From NCBI GenBank assembly GCA_050084985.1, contig JBITNC010000001.1:125116001-125180000 (forward strand): a DNA stretch of 64,000 nucleotides, in the 5' to 3' direction. The notes beneath the pieces are model-generated. The model made no database searches. It had not been told where the DNA came from and saw only the letters and a program-made list of their open reading frames with translations. Positions 11,658 to 24,200 of the stretch are shown here, piece by piece. Position numbers and translations under genes: made by a program. This stretch comes from Nageia nagi (taxonomy: Eukaryota > Plantae > Pinophyta). The stretch's first letter is position 1. Every line of letters begins with the position of its first letter.

Positions 11658-14600
11658 TGTAATGTACCTTTCTAGGGTTTATCCAATTTCTTACTTAGTT
11701 TCGAATTCATTCACAAATTAGGGCATCAAAGTAAATGTTCATTAATCATCCAAACATGTGCTCAAAACTAAAATATAACAGCAGTAGCCAAATCTGATGT
11801 AAAGCTCATATAACATGCAAACTAGGGCACAATTTCAGATCTGTAACATAACAAAAATATAGCTTCAAAATTCTCTAATCCGCATTCAGTCCCATGCACA
11901 ACAAATGATAATAGCATAGCATAAATATAGGAACATACAATCACATTCGAGATGCAATATCAGAGCCAATATCATGAATAATGAACCAAGAACAAGTATA
12001 GGGCTGTAACAAGTTCTAGGGCAAAGTCCAAGACTCAAAGATGCTCAATCAAGGCTTCCCAAGGTTGGCGCAAATCCCAAAAAGGCTCCCAAAGGTAGCG
12101 CAAGGCTCAAGATGACTCCCAAAGGCTGGCACAAGCTTCCAAGTGGCAAATATGGATGGTGCAAGTCTCTAGATAGCTCCACAAGGTTGGCGCAAGCTTT
12201 CCAAGTGAGTATGAGTGTAGAAGAGCCACTTCTAGGCTAGGGAGCAGCCCTAGTCCTTAGAAGGTAGAGAGGGGAGCATCTCCAAACTCTGAATGATCTA
12301 AGATTGAATGCACAAGATGATCCTTCAAAAATGATGTTACAAAAATGATGATACAAAAATCATTTTTGAGGATCATCTTGTGAATTTTTTGATAAAAGAT
12401 CTATGGCCATAGTTTCAAAAATGATGATACAAAATTTTCATAACAGATATTGTCACATACATATGGCCATAGATCTTTTATCAAAAAATTCACAAGAATC
12501 TCATTGACATCTAATTCTTCTATTAGAGTGTTGATGTTTTGCAATATGTTTTTGGACCTACGATTATATTTTTCAATCTTCTCGCTTGGTCCTTGTTGAA
12601 TTGCATAGAGATTTGCTATTATAGATGGTTTCTTGATGTCATATCTGTATATCAGCTACCTCTTTAAAACTATGGAGAGATTTAGGAGCAAGTTTGTAGA
12701 ACCAATCAAATGCTTCGCCTTTGAGACTCCTATGGAAGAATTTAACCATTATGTTGCCATCATCGCCAAATTTCAAACTACATTCTTCCTGAAATAGTAA
12801 ATAATGTTGTGTTGGATCTCTTTCGCCATTAAACATTTCAAATGTTGGAGATTTATAATCATGAGGAAGAGCAACATTCTAAAATTTTGGAGATAAGAGG
12901 ATTTTCATTGAAATTTTTTTAAGAGGAACATGGATCATTGTAATTTTACACATTTTATCTCAGCGCTAGTTTGATCTAATAGTTTTGTCAATTCTGTCAC
13001 TCTTGAATCTACATGTGCCCTTGAAGTGAGCAAAGGTGCATGATAGGCTTTCCTAGCATTTGAGGTTGAAGAGTCTCTGTTGAGAAAGTTAGAAATCTAT
13101 CTTTGCTGATCACTTATCTAAAACCCTAAAGATTCGTGGATGTACTATCTAGGGGCCTTGTCTTTGTCTGAATGATCCAATTTGTGATGTTTTCATCCGA
13201 TATTCCCCCTTTGTCCATATGTTTTGGGGAAGTATGTTGTGATGGGTCAAGAGTGTAGTATACAAATACAATTTTTTTTCGAAATACGGCTTGGGTCTAG
13301 TTTTAAATTTCGGGAAAACTTCTATAGAAGGCAAGAACTTTTTAAATTTGGAGCCCTTGAAAATTTGTGAATATTCGGCAAATTTGCAAATAAATGGAGA
13401 ATTTGTATACTATGGGTAGGAGTGTGGAGGTCAAGAATGTAATAACCCTCTCTAGAAAATTCAAGAATTTTGCAAATAAAACTCAGATTTTTCCAAACAA
13501 ATATTAGATCTGCTATTTTACTCGGAAAATGACACAAAAAACCTCAAATTGGCTAGCTCTATCCATAAAAATTTTATAAAAATTATTTGCAAGTGCCAAT
13601 ACAAACTAGGGCACACAAGGAGCTCAAATCATGCTCCAAAAATACGATAAAAATTTCCTAGGGCTGGACGCCAAGCTATAGAGGCCAAATCTGGTCTGTA
13701 TGTCTTCAATCTCTCAACCAACCGTAGATCTATTGATAAAAGCTTCAGATCTGATAGATGTAATCATAAACTTCAGAATTAGTCTTTAATTCAACAGATT
13801 TGATCACAAATTCAGATCTGATTATATACTCTCAAATCTGATGCTGAAGTCTCAATATGCCCAAGTGGTGAACCTTGGATGAATTCTTTCAAAAGACTCA
13901 AGGGATCAACCCTTGAATCCTTAATCAAGAGAAAGGAATCAGCCCTTGTATGCAAGATTGGCTCTTCTGCAGATTTTGGGATTAGCCCTTCACTCTACAA
14001 AATCACAATATTAGAAAATGCACAAAGATTCCCCCAAATGGAGCACTCCGTCTCTATATACCTAGCAGTCCACTTTTTTGCTTCTGCCACTTTATTATTT
14101 TTTATGTTTATTTTTAAATACAAAATTCTCTCCTAATACTACTATAAAGTGTGCCCCGCTTCTACTTGGCCAATTTGTCATAACATTGCATTGGGTTGAG
14201 TGGGGTCCACAAGAGGGGATATTACAAGTTCAACCCTCCCAAATTGCTTGCCCTCAAGCAATGCAAACACAACCTCAACATCGCTTGATTGAGCCAAATT
14301 GAAACCAACTGTAATTCTAGGGTCCCAAATCATCCTTAGAAAAATCCATCATCAAACTTTCCATTTACTACTCACCAAAGAAGATCTGGTGTATTTTCCA
14401 AGACCATCAGAGCTTCTGAAACATGATGAGGCTTGAAAAGTACAGCAAGAAAACTCACTTCGCTGATTTATTCTCACATCTTGTGTTTGTTCATCAGTTT
14501 AGCTATATTGTACCTCAAAGGAAGACGATGCCCTGTTGCTACAAGCCCGAAGTCTTTCCCAGCAATTCTTTTCAATGCATTTACGATGGATCGAGAATTT

Positions 14601-14845
14601 GGTCGCATCAAACAATCCTAGTAGAACTTGTAATGCGGTTCTATGGCACTTGTTGGGAAGGAAATATTTCTTCTTACTTGGCGATTGCCCATATGATCAA
14701 GACGGAAAAGCGACCCAGCATGTAGGTGAGAACGCATTACTGAACTCCTCTTGTAAGGATTTATACTCCAAGGTTTTTATCGGAAAGCTCGTGTCATTAA
14801 TACGAGCTTTGAATTGTGTAGGTCTTGTTTGGGAATCAATTGAAT
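11658..14845 (-). mobile_element. Rearranged Gypsy remnants: LTR-like segment 11658-14226, PPT and pol 3' end, with an embedded gag fragment
   Basis: TGTAATGT...ATATTACA termini. On the - strand the PPT gggagggttgaact (14227-14240) is preceded by ttgcttgagggcaagcaattt, as at 19240-19260. ORF 12639-12836 (FNGERDP...SLKGEAFDWF) is Retrotrans_gag-like. A PBS-like TGGCGTCCAGCC lies near 13662-13673. Confidence 0.6.
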
Positions 14846-17800
14846 AGTGTAGTAGAGGTAATAACTGTTAACTCACGTGGTGTACTAGGGTTGGACATCT
14901 AGCTTAAAAGACTAGATTTGATGGAAACAATGCTTGAAACACCTCAAATTGTTGGGTGTGTTGTTATTAAATATTTTTGGTAAATATATAGTATCTCTAT
15001 GTAACTGGTATGTGTCACAATCAGTAATAATGCCTAGTAGCCAACTTGTTGGGCAAGATAATGGCATCCACCAATAAGCTACAGTTACAGCCACAATGGA
15101 ATAACGACGAAACCGAAATAAAGAGATAGGGACGTAATAATGATTAGTAGTACAAGTGTACTATGGGGGCTTTAAGTTGGTGAAGTTCGGTTAAAAGTAA
15201 AACAGTAAATGGTAAATGGTAAAAGGTAAAAGGTAAATGTTAAATGGTAAAAGGTGAAAGGTTAATGGTGAAAGTAAGTAATGGTAAGTGGAAGAAATGT
15301 CCATGGGTAATATCTAGAAGACATATGTTCTAGAATTATCCATAGGATTATGTGGCACAAGGATATGTGATGATGTGGAAGTAATTCATATTTAAAAGGG
15401 GTTTCTAGAAAAAGGTTATGTGGCAAAAGATCCATGCGGTATCTCATGGATATTTCTAAAAGTGGATTGGATATTTCTAGAGATGGAGATATAATGTATT
15501 TTAAAATTTAAGTTGTAGAGAAATTTAGAAATTGTCTCTAGCCTATAATTAGAGAAGTGCTATGGGCATGTAAGGCAACTTGAGTGTAAAGTCTAGAGCA
15601 AGTCTAGTGGGAGTCAAATCGAGTTGAAGTTGTGAGTTGTGAAATTGTGAAGAAGTTTATATATGTGTGATAAGTCTTGAGTCTTAGTGTCATAAGTGGG
15701 TCAAGTGTTATATTGTGTTCATGATTATCCAAGTGAAGAGAAGGTTGGAGTTTTGTTGTAAGAAAGCTCACTTTATGAAGTTGTGATAGTGGTTGTGTTG
15801 GATTGGTTGTTGAGTTGAGCAAGTGGTGGCGCTCCTCATGGGATAACCAAGTCCATTGCTATCATCACTGTGAGAGTTTCTTACCATTGTATTGTAACTC
15901 TTGTTGCATTTGTATCTTCATTTTAATCAATAATATTGTATCATTGTTCTATTGTACGATTACTGTGTTGGTCATAATGTTTAAATTGCATTACCAGTAA
16001 TTAAAACGGTGCATCGGGACAAAAGATCATTGCAAGAGGAAGGCCCAATATTATAATTCCTTATGTACTAAAATAATTGACATTTTTGGTTCTATTTCCC
16101 GGACCATTCCTCATTAGTGGTAATCGTAGAGTATTTTGTTATCATGGGTAAAATTCCTGTTTTTGTTGCTCATTCTCATGGGGATGCTCAAGCATTTGTG
16201 CAAGAGTTCAAGAGATTGTGAATTTGCAATTGATTGACTACGAAGGCACAATGGGCAGAGTTCCTTCCTACCTTCCTTGATAGAACGACTCATCGATGGT
16301 ACAAGATGTTAGAGGAAGCTGCACAGAATTCTTTGGATCAAGTCTGAGAGAGATTTCTTGAAGAGTTTGGACCACGAGAAAAGTACTTCGACCTCGTGAT
16401 CGAGGTCGCCAAGCTATGCCAAGGAGCGAATGAGAAGATTAAAGACTACTATGCTCGATCACAAGAGTTGAGGAGGAAGATTGAGGCTCAAATTCGAAAG
16501 GAGAATCTTGGTGATAGAGTCATCAATGGCATTGATAGATTGTTGCTAAAGCACTTTCTCGCGAATGAAGCAAGATATCCGACAAAGGATGAAGTATGAA
16601 AGACCTACCACTATGGAACAAGCTAAGGAGATAGCGAAGAGGCAAGAGGAAAGTATGGAGGAAGAACTAGAAGAAATCATAGTTCCTTATACACCAAGTG
16701 CTACTATAAGGCCTTCGACACTAGGTACATCGTTGATTTTTGTCTCTTCAACAAAATATGATGACTTGATTCGTAAAATGGGACAATTGGCTATTAATCT
16801 TCTGCAAGGAAAGGAAGTTATGATGCCGCAACGACCCCATGGGGGAGATCATGGTCACAGAAAGAATGCTGTAGATATCACATACTATGGGTGTGGGAAC
16901 AAAGGGCACTACAAGACTAATTGTCCAAGTAAGCCATCAACTTCAGGAATGAAGGGTGAAAAGGACAAGGCACTTGTAGATCTGGTGGAGCTTGTGAAAG
17001 AAGAAGAAGCTAATGTTCTTGCAACAAAACTTGTGAAGGAGCATGCAAATGAAGGAGAACGAGAAGCTTAGAAGACAAAAGAGGATAAAGGAAAAAGAAG
17101 GAGAAGGAAACTAGGTGTTTATGACTTTTCAATCTCTCAAGGCCAAGTACCTTATTCAATATTGGAGGATCTATTATCATGTCTTACTAATATAACATAT
17201 GGATAATTGTTGGCATTATCTTCTGAGAAGAGGAGACAATTGCGAAACGGACTCAGCGCATGAAGGAAGAAGCAAGCAGATGTTCCTATCTTGGAAGTGT
17301 AAGTGGATGCATATGCTCCCCAAGCTGAGGTACTTTGCAATGGTGTCTCTATTCCCAATGTTTTTATAGATGGAGGTGTTGTAAATATTATGATAATTCT
17401 TGTTATGAATATGTTGCGTTTAAAAATTAATCATGAGTCCACTACAATTGAGGTCCTTAAATAAGGGTAAAACAAAACCTGAAGGAGTTTTTTCTAATGT
17501 TGCTATTTTTGTTGTTGGAGTTATTTGTTTGGTAGATTTCCAAGTGATGAAGGATGGTTCAATAGCTTATCTTATGCTCTTGGGAAGGCCATGTTTAAGA
17601 AGAGTTTGTGCTCGTAACTACTGGAATGAGGGATACATGACAATAAGATGAGATAAAGTGAGAATTCCAGTGGTTCCCTTAAGCCATATTGCAAAGACAA
17701 CAGAGTTTGGGAGTGAAGAATGGACATCTTCAGGCAATACAAGTATCAATGATGTGGATACTATAGACGAGGATGATGTTGATGTCTCAATTATGGATAT

Positions 17801-19669
17801 ATTGCCAACGCCACTTGCTAAATCTCCTATGCAATTTACAGAGGAAGAAGTAGAGCATTGTATGCAAGAGCTACAATTTGGAGATGATATTGAAGAAAAT
17901 GATAGGGAAGAGTGTTTTTAACTTTTTCAAAGGTATATCCATCTCTTCACATTTGATTATAAGGAGTTACAATGACTAACATGGGTAGAACATTCAATTG
18001 AATTGCTGGAGAATACTAAGCCCATTAAACAGATGCCCTATCCAATTTTCTTTGAAAGTTGTAGCGCAATTAAACCCAAACACACAAGTATTCAACAATG
18101 TCTAGCCAAGAAGGGCAAATACAAGCATTCAACACCTCAATATGCCAACGTTAGGGTTAGGGCATCAATTACAAGTCTATACAACACAATAATGCCAATG
18201 TCTGGCTACAACACGCATGAAAGGACAAATGCACCACAACGTTGCAAATATAGACAAGCGCACAATAGAATATGAGATCCAATAGCCCACGGCTTGTATT
18301 AAGATGTATGTTGAACCATGATACAATACCAGACCCCTAGGGCTCAACATTGTCCTCCAAGGAGCCAACTAGGGCACAACGAATATGCTCAATGCTGGAC
18401 GGACGAAACATTGAATGGGATAGCCTTATTCCCTCAAAATCTGAATTCTCTCCATCAAAAGAGCTCTCTCCAATTCTTGGCAACCAACTGAATGGTAGAA
18501 GTGTGCCTCGGAATGCCACTGGATGGACTAAGGTGCTACACCAAAGTCATAGATCAACAGGATCCCTCAGCCAATTAACCCTCCTAGATGCTGCACCTAG
18601 GGATGTTGCTTGATGCTATGCCAAGACTTCAATCCTTCTAGACTGTATATGTATTAATCGATATCTGTATATCGAATAATGATGCTCCAATAACTAATAT
18701 AGCTTTCTTGGATCTGGATCTTACCTCAAAGTCATCACCCAATCCCCTCAAACCCCAACGATGGCACTTAGGAGTCATTCCAGGCCCAATGTGGGTATCT
18801 GAGCCTCCCTCATGCTCCACATGGGTCCTCAAGCTCAATGTGGGTTTAGGGATGCATGCGTGGGCCAAGGAGACATGCGTGGGTGTCATGGGCCAACATG
18901 GGGGTCTAGAAGTCTCCCCAAGGCTTGCGCATGTGTACAAGTGCTCCCAACCTCAACGTTGGGGCCATTAAGTGATCATCCATGCTCTAAGTGCTACATA
19001 GACCTTGGGATTCCCACAATCATGTTTCGGGATCTCCAAGTACATTAAAACACACTAAACTACACTTGGGAGGGAGACATCCCACTTGGGGCTTATAGTG
19101 GGATCCAACGGACCTTTATATCTTCTATCCCAAGTCTTAACTAATAAAACATAATTAAATATGTACAAAGAGGGAATCCGTTGGATTCCAGAATTAATTA
19201 CAATACTCAAAGGGGTACATCATAAAGTCTCCCCTCTCAAATTGCTTGCCCTCAAGCAATGGTAGAATGTTGCAACATATTGTCTTCCAAGAATCCTTTA
19301 ACCTTGTTGACTGAAATTTGCTAGAGTGGAATGCAACTTCAATAAGTCTCCTCCTTGATGAAGGTTCTGTATGAAACATTGAAGCTGCTTTTTCACATAC
19401 GAATATTTCATGAAAAAATTCTGAGAGGCTGCTGTTGTCACCCCTTATCAAGTGCCAAAATGCTTGCAAACATTCTCGTGCCATCGTCCTCAGAAAACAT
19501 GAGGGTGTATGTAGGGATGTTGATGCATCCATCCATGCTATGCATCTAGTTGTGGTAGTATGAATATGGAAGCCTCCTAGAAGATGTTCCTGCAAAAACT
19601 TCATGTAAATCATGCATGAGTGAAAATAGGTGGAGCCTTTGCTCCATAATTGAGGCCAAGCCTTTCCCA

Positions 19670-20190
19670 AGCTCAACGTGGGGTCCCAAACTCTACAAGC
19701 TACCAACGAGGAGTCCAAATCCTCATTGACCTCCAACATGGGGTACCAAAATGTCTTCGAATCCAATGCCAAGTATCCAAGCCTACCTAGGTCCAACATG
19801 AGATGCCAACACTCCATTATTGCAATCGTTGGGTGCCCAGGCCTCTCCAATCCCAACATGAGGTGTTTGAACTCCTCCATGCTCATCATCAGGTTCCAAA
19901 GTTCCTTTGTCTCCCACGTGAAGTGTAGAAACTCCCCCAAGTCCAATGCAGAATGCAAGAGCTCCTTTAAGCTCAACACCAGGTAGCAAATCTCCCTAGT
20001 GTCCAACTTGAGGTGCAGGAGGCCCTCTAAGGTCAACGTGCAGTGCCTAGCCCCCTCAAGCTCCAATGTGTTGTGTAGAAGGTCCTCTAGGCTCCACGTG
20101 AAGTGTCCAAGCTCCCTTATGTTCAACGTGGGGTATGGGAGTTCCTCATCACTCCTTGCCTCATGCCAAGGTTGCTCTTGGTTCAACGTG
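19670..20190 (-). repeat. Degenerate 30-bp tandem repeat (~17 units) encoding a 10-aa Leu-rich repeat
   Basis: The CAACGTG(G/A)-type motif recurs every 30 nt. Translation gives LEDLLHNTLE/LEGARHCTLT/LEGLLHLKLD/LKELLHSALD/LGEFLHFTWE... Confidence 0.85.
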
Positions 20191-20875
20191 GGCTCATCTT
20201 CTTCCTCCTCCTTCTAACACCACTCAATCACCTCTAATCTTTTGTTGGCGACCTGTGGGCAATCATCTCGAATTCCTAGCAATGTGTGGGTCTTACCATC
20301 AATCTCAAAACTCATGGTGAGCTTTTGATAATTGGTGTGAATGTCACTCAACTCAAATAGCCACTGCACGCCCATAATGATGTGAGTATGTCCTTTCAGA
20401 GGGTAGACGTAGAAATCCTCTCTCACTATGTAACTCTGTAGTCTCACACCAAATCTTTCGATGATTTGGTCCACCAGAGTGAGCTTCCCAATGATGTTGG
20501 AATTTTTGAAACCCACAAACCCCTTGGTCTTGAAGGCCTTCTTCTCAACAAAACCCTTATCAATGAAGTTGTGAGATGCTCCAGGATCAATTAGGACCAT
20601 CACAACCTGCCACCTGCTTGCCCCACTACCTTTAATGTGAGGTACTTCTTCACCCCATAGAATAAAGCAATCATGCTTCCCAATGAGCCTTCTGCCTTAG
20701 GTGTTTCCTGGTCTAGCATTTCCATAACAAGGTCCAAGTGTGAATCATTCGTCTCCTCATTCGAAAACACCTCAATGTAATGCACTTACCCTTTGCCTTG
20801 GCAATGGTGCCCAGGCTTCCACATCTTCTTGCAGTAGAAGCACTTTCCCTCTTCTTTTAACTTTCTTCGAGTGGC

Positions 20876-21285
20876 TGTTAGGATCCCACATCTTAACATT
20901 TTAGTGTTAGTATTAGTTATTTTAATTAAATTGTTGGCCTATATTGTAAACCGTAATATTGTGATTGTAAGGGCAGGGCCCGATTTTGCATTACTATTAA
21001 GGTTAGGGTTAGCATATTATAAATAGGTAGAAGTGTATGCAGAAAGGATCTTGAACATTATTTTTCACTTTTGGAGTTGTAAGGAGGTAGCCCCCTCGAA
21101 GTGGCCTGTGATTCTGTTACTATTCAGTAAAATCCTATCCTTATCTGCTTATTGTTGCTATTTCGTGTTCTAATTATCAGTGCATGCTCTATATTACCAC
21201 TAGATTAGTTGTCATTTTCTTGTTTCAATCGATATTCGTTTACATTTATGCAATATTTCCCTTTCATATTCGTAGCATTGTAATA
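20876..21285 (+). mobile_element. 410-bp solo LTR inserted in gag of the nested element
   Basis: TGTTA...TAATA (decayed TAACA) termini, TSD gtggc/gtggt and an internal TATAAATA. The gag reading NQLDAT|RRKLKEEGKCFYC rejoins across it. Confidence 0.85.
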
Positions 21286-24200
21286 GTGGTTGCGTCCAAT
21301 TGGTTTGTTCGAGGCAAGGGAAAGGGTTTGGACTTGCTAGGCCCCTCCTTTTCTGTAGAAGTCTTTCGAGTGGTCAACTCCTTGTATGTTTGTCCTCCCT
21401 TGAGGGATCTCATTGTCGGCTCCAAATCGTATGCAGCCCTAATAGTGTCATTAAGGCTCCTTTGTATGGATACCTTGACCATCCCCTGCAACGGCTCCAT
21501 CAATCCTTCTATGAAAAGGAATGTCAACCACTCCTCCAGAATGTTGTGGATCATCACTGCAACCTTTTGAAACTCGGACACATATTCTTCTACTACAGCA
21601 TGTTGTCTTAGAGATGTCAATTCTCTTAAATAGTCATTCTCCCTTTTTCTATCAAACCTCTTTACCAACCTCTTGGCAAACTCGTCGAAAGAGGTGATGT
21701 TTGAGTAATCCTGGCTGATTACTCCATGCTACCACCATTCGAGGGCATCACCCTCAAAGTGCAATGATGCAAAATGAATTGCATCCTCCTATACCATGTT
21801 TGGATTCAAAGTAAAGTAAGTTTGCAATTGATGCAACTAAGCCCTAGCTGTCATCCTCTTGTTGTCATATAGCGACACCTACATCTTATTGATTTTCTAT
21901 TGCAAGGTCCCTTTTGTCTCCCCACGAGGTTCTCTGGGAATGTGCTATGTGAGCTGCTCCTTTTCAGCCCTAAGATCTCCATGTAGCCGTTGAAGTTCAT
22001 GTGTCTCGTCAACCCTTGATCTAGCATGGAATAGTCTCTAAAAATCTGGTTTAACTCCAGAAGGCCAAGGATCCGACTCTTTGCTTCATCTGTGGACTTC
22101 TTAGCAAACATGGGTTTGGATGGTTTGGGGATAATGGGTTGCTCCCCTATCTTCGCAACTTCCTCATCTAGGAACCTCCATAGGAGAGGGGTTAGTTCCC
22201 TGCGGAGCTCTATGAGAATGTGGGTTCTGGATGACACATGGATCCATGATGAGTGGATCCTCTATCTCTCAAATTGTAGGATCTCCTCAAGCTTGACTCC
22301 CTCTTTGCCTTGTCCTCCCGTGGCTCCTCTTCTTTATCAGGGATAGGACATGGGGGGCTCACATGCCTTTCCGACATCTCTTGACCTTCAATGTGTTTGT
22401 GGACAGTGGTTAATTGTTTTTGCATGGTGGTGATGGCTCTTGTCATGTTGTGGATGGTCAAAATGAGCTTATTAAACTTTCTTTCCGATGTGGACTCTCT
22501 AACTGGAGTAGGGCTTCTCCTCCTAGTTAATGTGGTTCTGCTTCTTGTCTCCTCATTCTTTTGACCAAAATTGTCCTCATCATTGACTTCATTCATCCAT
22601 GGTCGATGGTCCTCCTCTTGGGCGGCTCTAGAAGGGGTCTCTTCATGTTGTGACTTTTCTTTGAGGAACCCATCTCTCTTTTGCTGCTAGATCTGGTTTA
22701 GTAGTTGTGAATGGAAGGTTTCATTCACGGGTTGGCCAAATCCAAGCTCTGATACCACTGTAAAATCCCAAATACAAATTCAAGTGCAATTAAAACCAAA
22801 CACACAAGTATGCACCAACGTCTGGCCAGGAAGGGCAAATACAAGCATTCAACACCTCAATATGCCAACGTTAGGGTTAGGGCATCAATTACAAGTCTAT
22901 ACAACACAATAATGCCAACGTCTAGCTACAACATGCATGAAAGGACAAATACACCACAATGTTGCAAATATAGACAAGTCCATAGCAGAATATGAGATCC
23001 AATAGCCCACAACTTGTATTAAGATGTATGATGAACAAAGATACAATACCAATCCAACAAGGCTCAACGTTGGCCTCCAGGGAGCCAACTAGGGCACAAC
23101 GAATATGCTCCATGCTGGATGAACGAAACATTGAATGGGATAGCCTCACTCCCTCATAATCTGAATCCTCTCCAGCAAAGGAGTTCTTTCCAAACCTTGG
23201 CGACCAATTGAATGGTAGAAGTGTGCCTCGGAATGCCATTGGATGGACTAAGGTGCTACATCAAAGACGTAAATCAACAAGATCCCTCAGCCTATTAACC
23301 CTCCTAGATGCTGCTCCTAGGGATGTTGCTTCACCCTGTGTCAAGACTTCTATCCTTTGGATGGTATGTGTAATAATCAATATCTGTATATCCAACAATG
23401 ATGATCGAAGGACTAATATAGCTTTCTTGGATTTGGATCTCACCTCAAAGTCATCACCCAATCGCGTCAAACCCCAATGATGGCACCTAGGAGTCATTCT
23501 AGGTCCAACGTGGGTATTTGAGCCTCCCTCATGCTCCATGTGGGTCCTCAAGCTCAACGTGGGTGTAGGGATGCATGTGTGGGTCTAGGAGGCATGCATG
23601 GGTGTCATGGGCCAATGTGGGGGTCTAGAAGTCTACCCAAGGCTTGCGCATGTGTACAAGTGCTCCTAATCTCAACGTTGGGGCCATTAAGTGATAATCC
23701 ATCCTCTAAGTGCTAAATAGGCCTTGTGATTCCCACAATCATGTTTTAGGATCTCCAAGTACATTAAAACACACTAAACTACACATGGGAGGGAGACGTC
23801 CCACTTGGGGCTCACAGTGAGGTCCAATGGACCTTTATATCTTCTATCCCAAGTTCTAACTAATAATTTATAATTAAATATGTACAAAGAGGGAATCTGT
23901 TGGATTCTCGAATTAATTACAATACTCAAAGGGGGACATCACAAGTGTTAAAGAGGAAATAAATAAGTTCTTAGATGTAGGATTTATCTTTCCTATAGAT
24001 AATTCAGAATGGGTTTCTCCTATTGTGGTATCTATAAAGAAGAATGGGAAGATAAGAGTATGTGTGGATTATTGGAAGTTGAATAAATTCACAAAGAAAG
24101 ATCGTTATCCTCTTCCTTTTTCAGATCAAATTTTGGATGAAGTGACAAGACATGATTGCTACAGTTTTGCAGACGGTTATAGTGGATATAACCAAGTTCC

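Larger units (their letters stand above)
18060..23943 (-). mobile_element. Non-autonomous Ty3/Gypsy element (LTR-gag-protease-repeat ORF-LTR) nested in the RT gene of the outer element
   Basis: Paired LTRs at 18060-19224 and 22759-23943, PBS TGGTATCAGAGC at 22746-22757 and PPT at 19225-19240. gag (EYVSEFQK, KCFYC...GHHC) and protease (VLIDPGASHNFI) are present but RT, RNase H and the integrase core are absent. The host frame ...PYPIFFES|VKEEINKFLDVGFI resumes after it. Confidence 0.9.

Noticed and set aside
18003-19048. Duplicated small ORFs here and at 22810-23716 as paralogous genes
   Set aside because: They are chance frames in the two LTRs of one element.
19194-20186. Captured host LRR/NLR gene
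   Set aside because: The period is 10 aa from a 30-bp DNA repeat related to the LTR, not the 20-29-aa LRR unit, and it lacks the conserved Asn.
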